Part shown: positions 40,011-52,539 of the stretch, piece by piece | Layout of the letters: every line of letters starts with the position of its first letter | How positions within the stretch are numbered: the stretch's first letter is position 1 | Source of the DNA: Eledone cirrhosa | Lineage: Eukaryota | DNA length: 64,000 nucleotides | Assembly: GCA_964016885.1 (NCBI GenBank) | Contig: OZ024741.1 | Coordinates: 167,710,001 to 167,774,000, forward strand | Direction of reading: 5' to 3' | Notes under the pieces: model-generated | Seen by the model: the letters and a program-made list of their open reading frames with translations, nothing else | What the model was told of the DNA's origin: nothing | Database searches by the model: none | Position numbers and translations under genes: made by a program

Positions 40011-40215
40011 CCCTTTAGCATTTATATTACTCTATATTTACTATCATATTTTGATGGTAAAGTCTTTACTTCACATAATATCAAGCCTATGAGGTTTTGA
40101 TATTACTTATTTTGAGAACATCTTAACATCAGTATGAGTGACCAGTTACAGCCAGTTTGAACAGAAAGAAGTGAGAGAATTCTGGCTGGATACCACTGGT
40201 TTAAATGCTAGAGGG
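40011..40215. mobile_element. piggyBac-type MITE
   Basis: TTAA flanks; same family as 17361-17566. Confidence 0.85.
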
Positions 40216-40265
40216 TTAAACTTTACTTCAGTATTGAACATTCTTTTCTCTCAACCATCAACCAC

Positions 40266-40316
<51 letters not shown>

Positions 40317-40319
<3 letters not shown>

Positions 40320-41618
40320 GGTGTGGACGATATTTGTTTGCAATTTTCAATTGCTAATTTTATGCAAATTTTTTTTACTTCCGTTGTCACTCTTGTCTTC
40401 ATAAAAACAGTGACTATATTTCCATTATTTATTTTCAGAATAATTGATTATGAATAATTGATTATGAATACTTTATGGAAGAGACACAGAGTTCTTCTTG
40501 GAATCCGTGCTGGGAGGACAAATAAGGAAATTTCAGACTTTCTCAGCATCAGCAGGAGAATGGTGGAAAAGGTCAGAAAGGAATTGGAAGATTCAGGATT
40601 CGACTGTGAAGCAACATCAGATAGGAAAACACATGATCGATGATCTGACGTCTTCAGAACGCTCGAGTTCGTCGCTGAAGTTCAGGATATCATCAACAAT
40701 GAACCTAGCAAGTCGATGCGTGCCATTGCAAGGGAGAAAGGCGTGGATGAAAAACTCATTAGGCTGGTGGTACATGAAGACATTCGCTACGTTTCATACA
40801 AGATGAGGAAAAGACAATTTCTGTCAAAGGCGATGCAAGAAAAGTGACTGAAGCACGCAAAGAAGCTGATCAACAAGTTGAAAAACCCACTGGAGCCAGA
40901 CATGCTGTGGTTTTTCTCCGGCGAGAAAAACTTCTGCCAAGACCAGAAGATCAACTCCCAGAACAACAGGTGGCTCGCTGTCGCATCCAAAGATGTGCCC
41001 AGAGTCATGCAGAGAAAGTTTCCAGCGACAACATTGGTCTTAGGTGTTGTCAGCAGTCAAGGTGATGTCATGCCACCTCACTTCTTCCCTGGGGCCTCAA
41101 GCTGAACACCGATGGCTACATCCGCGTTCTGAGCGAGGTAGTAAAGCCCTGGATCGACCAGGTAGCTGCAGGTAGTCCGTACGTGTGGCAGCAAGACTCG
41201 GCGCCCTGCCATACCAGCTGAAAAACCCAAGCCTGGCTGTCAGAGAACTTCATCGACCACACTTCACCTGATATCTGGCCTCCCAGCTCGCCTGACTGCA
41301 GCCCCATCGACTTCTTTGTGTGGGGCGCAGTGGAATGAGACACCAACAGATCTAGCTGCAATACGAAAGACGATCCAAAGGCCAGGATCACAAGTGCCTT
41401 TAGGGGCCTAAGTCGGGGGACAGTGACAAAGGCCTGTAGCTGGTTCCGAGGCCACCTTGAGGCCTTCATCAAAGCCAATGGCGAGTTTATCGAGTGAGAT
41501 CGAAAGAACAAGTCATGAAGACAAACTGACCCAAGTTTGATAAATATATCTTAAAAAATAAAACTACTGTGCTATTTTTTCCTAGACAGTAATCTTACGA
41601 ACAAATATCGTCCACACC

Positions 41619-41621
<3 letters not shown>
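40317..41621 (+). mobile_element. Full-length defective maT (DD37D) Tc1/mariner transposon
   Basis: TIRs CAGGGTGTGGACGATATTTGTT with TA flanks; FFSGEKNF (first D mutated), QQDSAPCH, WPPSSPDCSPIDF with 37 residues between D2 and D3; several stops. Confidence 0.95.
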
Positions 41622-41678
<57 letters not shown>

Positions 41679-41686
<8 letters not shown>

Positions 41687-42372
41687 AAAGTATGTCCATA
41701 GAATCATTTGATAAAATATATACACCATTTCCTCTCCCAATTAGCATAATTAACCACATAAAAAATCAATTAGACCAGGCTATAAGAATAAAGGCTCCTA
41801 TGAAGAAATATTTGATAAATAAACGACAGCAGCCTCTTCGCAGCCGACCGCAATAGAATATTTACCCACATTTCAACAGCATATAGAAATCGACTAAATA
41901 TACCATCAACCATACATAATTAGGTATAAATTTAAAGTTAGAAGAAATGCGTACACTCTTACCATGATTATGTCCCTACCCTGGGGTTTCGTTCGCGTTT
42001 TGAGATATCCTATTAAGGATAAAATCTCGAGTTTCGAACTCATCAGGAGACAAACTCATAGGACAGGTAATTTTCCAAAGCGATCCCTGCCAGAAATAGA
42101 TTTTAAAATGTCTAAGAATCGTGACGTGGCAGTGGTCAAGTTAGAAAGAATGTGATTAGTTGCTTACGGCGAGTGGGCTGGTTGCTAGAAAGCGCAGCCC
42201 AATATTGCCCAAATTGCATCTCAACCTAATGGAAGATTATTAAATATAAAGATTTACATATATACAAACTATACAAAGTCACATATATATATGTGGCAAC
42301 CATTCACGATGTTGCTCAATGAAGAATTAATAAATTAAATAATCAGAGCAATATATCAAAAGTATGTCCATA
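41679..42372 (-). mobile_element. Terminally redundant 672-nt non-coding unit with one hammerhead (retrozyme-like)
   Basis: ATATATCAAAAGTATGTCCATA at 41679-41700 and 42351-42372; flanked by (TA)n. Confidence 0.7.
41964..42059 (-). ncRNA. Type I hammerhead ribozyme with canonical core
   Basis: TGTCTC-CTGATGA-GTTCG..GAGAT..ATCCT taat AGGAT ATCTC..CGAAC-GAAA-CCC CA GGG-TA-GGGACA; G10.1-C11.1 pair and GUA cleavage triplet. Confidence 0.88.
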
Positions 42373-42417
42373 TATATATATATACGCCTACATGTATGTA
42401 TGTATATATATATATAT

Positions 42418-42860
42418 GAAGGCGCATGGCTTAGTGGTTAGAGCATTGGGCTTGCAATCGAAAGGTTGTGAGTTCAATATACTCAGACCGGGTGATGTGT
42501 TGTTTCCTTGAGCAAGACACTTTATTTCACATTGCTCCAGTTTACTCAGCTGTAGAAATGAGATGATAGGGACTGGGGTCCCTATCATTCCACTGCAAAG
42601 TGGTCGTGGAGGTGCCACGGCAAAAAAAGCACCCAGCCAACATTGTAAAGTGGACGTGTAGGCGCCACAAAAAAAAAGCACCCAGCACTAACTGTAAATG
42701 AGGTTGGTGTTAGGAAGGGCATCCAGCTGTAGAAATCAAGCCAGAATCAGTTCCTGTATGAGCAAGACGAGGTCAGCCGACCGAACACTGCCCACAACAG
42801 GACAACCCGTCTAACCCATGCTAGCATGGAAGAACGGACGTAAAATGGTGATGATAATGA
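42418..42860 (+). mobile_element. SINE family A with short internal duplication and alternative RTE-type tail
   Basis: Same head and core as 15556; AAAAAAGCACCCAGC duplicated; tail CCCGTCTAACCCATGCTAGCATGG. Confidence 0.9.
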
Positions 42861-43552
42861 TAGATTCAGTGTAGTAGAAAAATCACTGTGGCAAATATGT
42901 TAGTGTTTGGTATTTCATTTATTTATTATTGATGATTCTGACACATATTTCGATACATTATTTAATAACATTTAATCAATAATCGGCTTATTAGATCTCA
43001 ATTATTTGATAATCAATTACTTCATAATGGCAGGGATTATCGTACATGCATGTGTGTGTGTGTGTGTGTGCATGTGTGTTTGTGTGTGTATGTTGTATTA
43101 TTAAATCTTAGGGCGGGGGATTGGCAGTATTGGTAAAGGGTCGGATGCCATGATTTGGTGCACAGTTACTACCTTTTACAGTCTGAGTTCAAATCCTGAC
43201 GAGGTTAACTTTGCCTTTCATCCTTATGGGGTCGATAAAATAAAGTACCAGTAATGCACTGGGATAATTGCTGGCCTGGTCCAAAAGTAGAAACAATTGT
43301 TAAATTTTACCATATAGTTGATTATTTCCAAAATGATTTGAAAATCATGGAGAACAATATGATAATGAAATATAAATATGGCAATGAAAGGAACTGTAAG
43401 GTGTATGTGGTTTAGTTATGTTCAGCAGCTTAAACAACCATATAGCAGTTCTCATATTTGTGGTGAATTTTATTATTCTAGTTGGAAACAGATAATAAAT
43501 TATTAATTATTGATTATTGAATCCTGATCAAATGTATTTTTTTTATTTGCAG

Positions 43553-43587
43553 GTCAAGGATTCCACAGAACCACATTTTATGTGTGA
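43553..43587 (+). CDS. Last coding exon of PTB-domain protein (G-QGFHRTTFYV-stop)
   Basis: T-rich tract plus ttgcag acceptor; phase 1 completes Gly; the I-G-Q-G-F pattern fits the end of a PTB helix; TGA at 43585-43587. Confidence 0.82.
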
Positions 43588-44129
43588 TATTGCCAGATCT
43601 TCACAATAATGCCACCAATAAGACCAGAATCAAAACCACCACATCTCCTTACTACTCCTTACTTTGTATAATAATAATAATAATAGTCTATGCACCCACG
43701 GCCCCACAGAGGAGTCTACATAAAACACAAGGCCTCTTACACCTCAGGAACATGGAGGTCTATGAGGTGATGCATTAGAAACTTACATGAAACTATCAAA
43801 GAAATAATAATAACAACAACAATAATGACAATAATGATAATTTAGGTACAGGGCCAGAAATTTAATGGGAGAGAAAGTTAATTATATGGTTCCCAGTACT
43901 TGACTATTACTTTATTTTATTGACGAGGAAGAAATGAAATGCAAAGATGACCTCGGTAGGATTTGGACTCAGAACAAAAAAGGCTCCAACCACAAGCAAT
44001 TTTATCTGATACTCTACTGATTTTGCCAATTCACTACCCTAGATGAAAGGCTCCAACCACAAGCAATTTTGTCTGATACTCTACTGATTTTGCCAATTCA
44101 CTACCCTAGATGATAATGATGATAGGGAT

Positions 44130-45050
44130 TTTGCAAGGGAATATGCTCACACCATTGCTGTTTGTCCTGGCTTTGGTTCTACTTAGTTCTCAGAAAGGCA
44201 AAGTCTTACTATGAGTTTAGCAATGGCAGGATAATAAGTCACTTTCTTTTTTGGGATGATATGAAACTGTTATATAGACTCATTAGTCCAAAAGGTAAAA
44301 GTAGTGAGCAATGATATAGGAATGTAATCTTAGTACTAAAATATCACACTGATGAAAGTGATGAGAAAAGGTGAAAGTTATATGTAACTGGGTATTTTAG
44401 AGGTAGATAAAATATTGTGGGAAGAGATGAAAGAAAAGGTCTCAGAAGATTATTTTAGGAGATTAAAATTGTAAACTTAATGGAGAAAAATATATCACAG
44501 CAATTAATACTTGGGAAGCATCTCTATTGATGTACTCTTCTGCATTCTTGAATTAGCCAAGAGGACAACTGAAACAGATTGACTGAAATACAAGAAAAAC
44601 TATGATCACAAAATACAGGAGTGAAGAACTGACATAGTTATTATAGACAGATGTCAATAGAATGTATAATTGTTGACACATATTTCTGAAGGTGGAAATA
44701 ACCCAAAAGTGGATGATGAAAACAGAAACAATCATCATCATCATCATTTTATGTCTGCTTTTCCCTGCTTGCAAGGGTGGGACAAAACAATCCCTATAAT
44801 AATAGGTGCTCTGGAAATGAAAAAAAAACAACACTATATGCACAGTCAAGTATATAACCAAAACCCCAGGACTTCCAAATATATATAAGATACAGAAAAT
44901 AGCATTATTAGGCACTGCATGCATATTATGAATAGTGTTTTCAATACAATTGAAACACTACCCCAAAAAACAATACTGCATATACCCAAGTTACACAGAG
45001 CTGTGCTCGGTAATGTAGTGACAGCACACAATTAAAACAAGACATATGAT
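44130..45050 (+). mobile_element. Decayed, internally deleted R4/Dong-type LINE
   Basis: LQGNMLTPLLFVLAL, DDMKL, ITAINTW, DVNRMY, IPIIIGAL, IQKIALLGTA fragments; TAA repeats at the 3' side. Confidence 0.78.
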
Positions 45051-45699
45051 AGTGATCATATTATTATAATTAATAAATTTTTAGTGTTAGACAAAATACA
45101 TAACAGTATTTAGTTAGGACTTTTTATGTTCTAAGTTCAAGATCCCACTGAAGTCAACTTTGCCTTTGATCTTTCTAGGATTAATAAAATATAGTACCAG
45201 CCAAGTACTGGGATTGATATAATCAACTAACTTTTCTAAAGAAAATCCCTTAAAAATAATAATAATGATAAACTTTTCATATATATATTCAATACCAAGT
45301 TATATATACAAAGAATACATTTCTTTTTGTAAATAATGTGATTGTATGACACCCACTATGTAGGGAGCTGAAAGCAACTAATCACTCGTTTTCTCGTGCC
45401 CCAAGTTATAAGTAATGATTTGACAAGAGATTGTATAAAACCCCTGCAAAAAGAGGAACAAAAATAATAATAGAGATTAGGTTTTTGCATTTGCTTATAC
45501 TATAATTCCTGCCAAATTTTCTTCCATGCCATTAATTGACTGTAGTTAAGGTTTAGAGGAGTGGTTCCTAATTTTTCACTACCAACTACACCTTTTATTT
45601 AAATGAATTTTCCCATTGAATCCTCATAAAAAAATACTCCCTTTCCAGATTGTCATACAATAACAAAAAAGAAAGAAATGAAATAGATGCCCAAACGTT

Positions 45700-46185
45700 T
45701 GTGTATATTATATTTTAAAAAAAGTATTTGAAATTGATTTACAATGTGAATAACAATTGAAAGAGAGGAAACATTTATATTTAGAGAAGAATGGGTACCC
45801 AATAGTGTGTATGCATATGTTTTTAAAAAACGTATTTGAAATTGTTAAACAGTGATAATAACTATCAAATTGTTTATACTCAGAGAAGGGATACCTAATG
45901 GTGTATGTATTATGTTTTTATCAAAGTATTTGTAATTGTTATACATTGAGAATAACAATCAAAACAGAGAAAGGTTTAATGTATGTACATTATGTTTTTA
46001 ACAATGTATTTTTAATTGTTATACAGTGATAATAACAATCAAAATAGAGAAATGTTTGTACTTAGCGAATGAATAATTAATAGTGTGTGTATATTATGTT
46101 TATGACAAATACTTGAAATTGTTATACAGTGAGACTAGCAATAGAAAGAGAATTTTTTAATATTTAAGGAAGAATGGATACCCTA
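45700..46185. repeat. Diverged minisatellite, about 5 units of 80-110 bp
   Basis: Recurrent TATGTTTTTA..GTATTTGAAATTGTTATACAGTGA.AATAACAATC. Confidence 0.8.
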
Positions 46186-46319
46186 TATATATAAATATAT
46201 ATATAAATATATATATATATATAGATATATATGTAGGAGGTGAGTTTTATTGTAGTACAATAAAGCAATGCAGATATCGGATAAGTAGCACTCTACAGTT
46301 TGTAGGACTGGAGTATAAA

Positions 46320-46655
46320 TAATATATAAGATCAAAAGATGGTTAAAAGAGTTCCATGTATTTTATCATGCGCATTTCAAAAACAAATATCATCATGCAA
46401 TAACATTTGCGTTTTCGTCAGATAGAATAGGGAGACATGATATGAAGGTTAAAAAACACTTGTGAATAGTGCAGTTTTAAATCAACATATATGAAGTTTT
46501 AAATCAACATATATGTTGATTTAAAACTGCACTATTCACAAGTGTTTTTTATCTGACGAAAACGCAAATGTTATTGCATGATGATATTTGTTTTTGAAAT
46601 GCGCATAATAAAATACATGGAACTCTTTTAACCATCTTTTCATCTTATATATTAT
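46320..46655. mobile_element. Head-to-head hammerhead element (HHR plus 46547-46613, minus 46359-46427)
   Basis: TTTTAT-CTGACGA-AAA c GCAAATGTTAT..ATGATATTTGT t TTT-GAAA-TGCGCA-TA-ATAAAA; palindromic ATGCGCAT; the minus copy has G at position 17. Confidence 0.88.
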
Positions 46656-46887
46656 ATAAATATATATATAAATATATATATATATATTAATCCGTTACTA
46701 CATCGTCAATTTCAAGTTTTGGATTAATGAATAAACTTGATTGTATACTCATTGCATTTCTCTCTCTTTTCTCTCTCTCTCCCCTCTCTCCCCCCTCTCT
46801 CCCTTTTCTCCGCCCCCCCCCCTCTCTCTCTGCATAAAGCAATAAAAACAAAAGCCAGGTGAAGGTAGAGAGGTAGTTGAGAGGTAG

Positions 46888-46984
46888 TTCATTGTTTTAC
46901 GATTATTTCAGAGGGTCGATTGATTAATGGAAATCAATGTATCAACTAGCAATGGTAGTTCAATCAGCCATCTTCCTCAGCAAC
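46888..46984 (-). ncRNA. Hammerhead motif with long stem II; same family as 10904-11044; 5' strand of stem I truncated
   Basis: CTGAGGA-AGATGG..ACCCTCT-GAAA-TAATCG-TA-AAACAATGAA. Confidence 0.65.
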
Positions 46985-47461
46985 ATATATATATATATAT
47001 ACTAGTGGAGCTATGCTGTCACCATTGGGGTTAGATAGATATAATTTTTGGAGCCTAGGATTGGTTAGCTGTGTATACCGACATGGCTGGATATATGAAC
47101 AATTATACAAACTGGGAATTGTGCATTTTGATAAGGTAATGGTTTGCTTAAGAGAAACCTTATAGTTTTTGTTGATTACTAACACATGAATGTGATTGAA
47201 GATAACAATGATCTTTTAATAATATACTTCTAGGTTATGTACAGAGTGGCTGGGTGCAATTTATTGTAACATTAGCATTACCATTTTCCACAATGGACTG
47301 CATACATATTGTCATTGGCACCAACACTACCATTTACAGAGTGTACTGGCTTCATTTTATTGTGGCACCAATACTACCACTTTAAATTTATATATTCAAA
47401 AGTGCGCACACACACCAATATAATATATGTGTGTGTGTGTGCATGTATATATATATATCTG

Positions 47462-47522
<61 letters not shown>

Positions 47523-48037
47523 TCATCATCATCATTTTACGTCTGCTTCTGCTCAGTTGTGAGAAATGAAATAGAAATAACAAATGAAAAAATAATTTTC
47601 AAATAGAAGTGAAAATTCAAAAAAATTACAAGGAAAATGATATTTTAATCTAGATTATGGAAACATGTTTTTTTTCATTTTTGTGAGGTATTTTCAATTA
47701 AAATTCGGAATTTTCTTTTAGTCCTTTTGGAAAGTAAACGGTTTTCCAGATTCCTTCAATATGAAACAACATAAACATTTACATATCACCATCAGTTTGA
47801 ATAACATCAACTGGAATCACAGCAACACAAACAACATCTATATTACCATAACACAAACAAGACCACCAACACACACAATACTTACATCAACAATAACACT
47901 GCCACTATCACCACCAACAGCAGTACTATCACTAACAAGAAATACATACAAAATTGTTGCACAATAAATATTTTCCTTTATATAAACCTTTTTTTTATTC
48001 TAAGTTTTCTCTTTTTTAATAACAATTTTATATCATA

Positions 48038-48089
<52 letters not shown>

Positions 48090-48744
48090 GAGAGTGCACA
48101 GAATAAAGAAAATGGAAGAAAACAACAAAAAGATGGATAATCCTATCTTCTTAGTCAACCTCTGGAAATCGCTATGGTTTAGGACATTAAGGTCAATACT
48201 ATTCATTCCAGTGCACATTAGGACATAACAAGACAGGTAGACAAGTTATGCCTTTAGGCAAATTACACAAATATGTGCAAGGGCTTAGCTAAAGGAGAAA
48301 CATATTGTAAAGAGAGAAATAGTAAAACAGAAGAGAATAAGGACTGTAGTCCAACATACAGAGAAAGGACAATATAGGATTAATTAAACTTTATTTAGTG
48401 AACTTAACTTTTAATCTATTTCATTAGAGTAAAGTCCATACATATCTACTTTTACTTACTTACTTAAATATGGAATGTTGCATGATGCCCCCCCCCCCCC
48501 CTCACCACACACACACATAGCCCCAGCGGACTGGGCGGAGAAGGCGTTTCCCCGGAGGACGGCAAGGGAGACGCGCTATAAAAGCCACTCCAACTCGCGG
48601 GGTTCATACCTGTGGCTGGCCAGCTCAGCGCCTATGGTGGTGAGTAGGGAGGTAGCCCTAGGGCCGAGGACACCAGAAGTCTCCACTGCCAGGGGTACAA
48701 CCACAAATATATACAAAATATATATAGGACAATATATATATATA

Positions 48745-49175
48745 ATATAACAAATCGAGATGAGACATTTAGTACTTTACAATTGTTTTAACACATCACT
48801 CAGTAGATTACAAAGACAGGATAAAGATAATAGAAAAAATAACAATAATAATTTAAAAAATATAATGAAAATATATATTAAACCTAACAAGTATTGTATA
48901 TCAAAGATCCAAATCAAAATGTAGCCTTTAATTGAAAAAAACATGTCCATTTCTGTACTGGCTTTCACTGACTTTGGCTCTTTAATATACCTCTGAAGAG
49001 ATACATCTCTCTCTGTACTTATTAGGTTTAAAATATACTTATTTTTCTTTATATTATTGTCATTTGTTTTCTCTATTTTGTTTATCCTAGCTTTGTATTC
49101 CACTGAGTCATGTGTTGAAACATTTGTAAAGTATTAAGTCGTTTAAGAACTCCTATCTATCATCTTGATTTGTTT
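48745..49175. mobile_element. Decayed head-to-head element with long-stem-II hammerhead (plus 48982-49137)
   Basis: CTGAAGA-GATACAT..~100 nt..ATGTGTT-GAAA-CATTTG-TA-AAGTATTAA; the left arm and a relative at about 10385-10560 read (G/A)AAA-CAATTG-TA-AAG on minus. Confidence 0.68.
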
Positions 49176-49388
49176 TATTCGTTCTGTGTTATATATGCCA
49201 CTTTTCTTCTACATTTAAATCATTCTATATTCTTTAGTTTTTCATGAGGAACTTATTTTATCATGTTCTTTTTTGTCAAACTGTGAAGTTATGAATATAA
49301 AGTCAATAACACAAACATAGACATAGATATGGACAGAATACACAGACATAAATATGTATGTATGTGTGTGTTTATATATATATATATA

Positions 49389-49497
49389 CAGGGTGTCCCC
49401 CCCCCAAAAAAAAAATGTATACACACTTCAACAGCATTCTAATAATATTGCCTGTACAAGTAATCAAAGTATGTGCGCATTTTTTTGGGACACCCTA
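49389..49497. mobile_element. Tiny Tc1/mariner-type MITE; second copy at 55007-55085
   Basis: CAGGGTGTCCC..AAAA / TTTT..GGGACACCCT(G) TIRs; shared ATACACACTTCAACAGCAT. Confidence 0.8.
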
Positions 49498-50145
49498 TAT
49501 ATATATCATCATCTTACGTCCGCTTTTCCCTGCTTGCAAGGGTGGGATAGGTCCTATTCAGTACAGCATCACTCCACTTGTCACGGTCCTTCATCATCTC
49601 CTCCATGAGCTTCTGAGGTCTGCTCTCACTACCTCCGATATATATCTATATATATCTATATATATCTAGGGTGTGTAACGTGCAGTTACTGTAGATTCAC
49701 CCAGGTGAGCACTATTGTATATATATTCAAGATAGGCATCTGCAGTTTCAGTTTACCGAATTTCATTTAAAAGTCACTGATTAACCTAAGTATATAGTAG
49801 AAGACACTTACCCAAGGTGTCACTGGCAACAGGACTGAACACAGAACCAGATCGTTGTGATACCACACAGCCATGCAAGTTTTTTTTTCTTTTCAACTTA
49901 TATTTTCTGTCATGTTTTCATTTTTACTAAAGATTTGTAAAGACTAAGGAATGAATTGTATTTACAAGAAGAGACATTGCTATTCTTTGATAAATGACAT
50001 TGTACAATTTCAAACTAAGAGATTTCTGAACAATGCCATAACAGTATTCTTTATTCATATTTTAGTCATTCTAATCTAAAACACTGTATAATCCCAGTGT
50101 CACAGTGTCACATTTTGCTGTGTGATGGGTATGTATATACACACA

Positions 50146-50190
<45 letters not shown>

Positions 50191-50933
50191 GCAAAAGGAA
50201 AACAAAAATAACAAAGCACGCACAAACGTATGTATGTATATTTCAAAATATGTTTACTTTCTGGGTGAAGCAACCACAATGCAGATAACTATAAATAATA
50301 GTTGAATAAGTCTGTAACGAACCCCTGCAGATGGATAAAAGTTGACAGAAAATATACATATTCGTATACATTCATGTATGTATGTATGTATGAATGTACA
50401 AATTCATGTAGATATGTGTGAACATACATGCATTTACATATATGTATGTAGATATTCATATATTTGTGCACACACACACACACATACACACTTTCTTTTT
50501 CTTCAATAATTTTGTATGCGTATGTATAAATATATCCTCTCTGATGAAGATTAGTGAACACAGGCTTTGCTGAAACATGACAGTCATGTTCTAAGAATAT
50601 GAAAAAAAAACCTAATTATATTATACTTGATCTTAGACATAGAGTCCTTTTGCTGACTACTGTGATCATCAGATCAGCATCCCCCTCTCCCACACAGGAC
50701 AACTCGTCTAACCCATGCTAGCGTGGAATAATGGACGTAAAATGTTGATGATGATGATGATTTATATATATATTATGAGTTCCTCCACCCTTTGATGGGT
50801 TTTGTATTTTGTCTCACAGGGTGTCCAATGTTCACCCTCATGAAGTGGATCTTGGTGGACTTGCTGGTATATTTGCTAACGACTCAAAAATGAAACCGGT
50901 TTTACTAGGTTACATATAAGCTCTCTCTCACTC

Positions 50934-50964
<31 letters not shown>

Positions 50965-50967
<3 letters not shown>

Positions 50968-51144
50968 ATTAACAAATGGAAACTATTTATAAAACCATAT
51001 TTATTTCATTATACATATTTCAAGGACACCAAAGCAAATTATGGTGCGCTTTCATCAGATAAAATATAATATAGATCAGTTTTATAAACAAATATTGACA
51101 TACCCTTAAAGAATGCAACCATGTCGGTTGGAAGCTCCCGGATA
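50965..51144 (-). mobile_element. Single copy of the 39.2-kb hammerhead element (HHR 51002-51066)
   Basis: Starts TATCCGGGAGCTTCCAAC as at 39203 and ends CCATTTGTTAATAT as at 39063. Confidence 0.85.
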
Positions 51145-51155
51145 TATATATATAT

Positions 51156-51210
51156 ATGCTTTCCTGATGATTTCCTTCGAATGAAACATTTATAGTCCTG
51201 TATAAGCCAT
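51156..51210 (+). ncRNA. Degenerate hammerhead motif; 3' half also present at 11481-11524
   Basis: ATGCTTTC-CTGATGA-T TTC cttc GAA T-GAAA-CA..TG-TA-(T/G)AAGCCAT. Confidence 0.5.
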
Positions 51211-52539
51211 TTCTATATTAAATTAGATGTTTGCGAACTACTAATGTAATAAGTACTTTACTTACTCTGATTCACCACGATTGAACCTGGCTCTCTCGCT
51301 CGCTCTCTTTCTCTCTCTCTCATATATATATACACATATAACTGTACAATTGTCTCGTGTTTTGTTCATTCATTTCCAACTATATATATATATATAGTTA
51401 TAGCTAAAGGTAAAAATATGTATAATTCGAATGTATGAGGAGAATTATATATGATAATATATAATTGCTAAATCGTTTCAGAATTAGATCAATGTGTTTA
51501 TATACTGAAGAAAAAGATCTTTTTTTAAGGAGAAAAAAGTTGAAATATATATATTATATTATATTATATTATATTATATTACACACACACACACACACTC
51601 TCTCTCATTCTCTCTCTTTCTCACTCTCTCTCTCACTCTCACTCTCTCTCTCTCTCTGGCCCAACTGTGTATATATTTAAAAGGGAAAAGAATGGCTTCA
51701 CTTGTAGTTGTAAACAATTTAAGAACTTCAAGTGAAGTCATTCTTTTTGCTTTTTTAAAATATACTTAACTGTACCAAGGATCTCACACATTTTCCAATA
51801 AGTGGAGAGATGCTGTGGTGAATAGGACCCGTCCAACCCTTGCAAGCAGGGAAAAAGCGGACGTATGATGATGATATATACATGCGCACACACACACGTA
51901 AACACACAGGCATACATACACACCTGCATGTGCACACCTGCACATATATAACTATATTTTAGGTTTATCACCTGTAGATTTCTATTTCCTATTCTTACAC
52001 CATACCTATTGGAGATGTTTATAAAATTTAATATTCATGTGATTTTTGCCCCGTTATTTTTATGTTTTGCCGCAATCTTTTTTATAATTTGATTTGATTT
52101 TTCTGTAATTTTCATGTCACAATTTTCATGTCATACATATTGAAACTTGCAAAACTAAATTACATCCAATTCCATTAAACAGAATGTGTGATGTGAAATC
52201 TACTGCTGTTGCTAGTATTGGTGGTGATGTTGGTGGCAGTTGCACAGCTACTGCTGCTGCATCCCATTTTCCTGTTTTTTCTGCCACCACACTTCTTTTT
52301 CTTTTTCTTCCTTTTCTTTTTTTCTTTTTCTTCTCTTTCTTCTTCTTTCTTCTTTCTTCTCCTAATAATAATAATAACAATAACATAAACAACAACATCA
52401 TAAACAACATTCATCCCTTTTATTTTCATTTTTTTCTCATTTGCCTATTCTATATATTATATACTCCATACCTGTCCACTCCCTTCACTGAGAGATTTCT
52501 AGCATTGAATAAAATAAAGAGCCAGTTATGTACTGAGAT

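Noticed and set aside
43980-44114. 68-bp direct repeat
   Set aside because: Local tandem duplication of a SINE B head; not an LTR or TSD.
47236-47298. Possible minus-strand terminal exon (SIVENGNANVTINCTQPLCT*)
   Set aside because: Poor polypyrimidine tract, no recognisable domain, no linked upstream exons found.
50820-50866. Exon-like segment (cag...GTATAT; VSNVHPHEVDLGGLA)
   Set aside because: Weak donor, downstream of the PTB stop, no partner exons, flanked by TA tracts like a mobile fragment.
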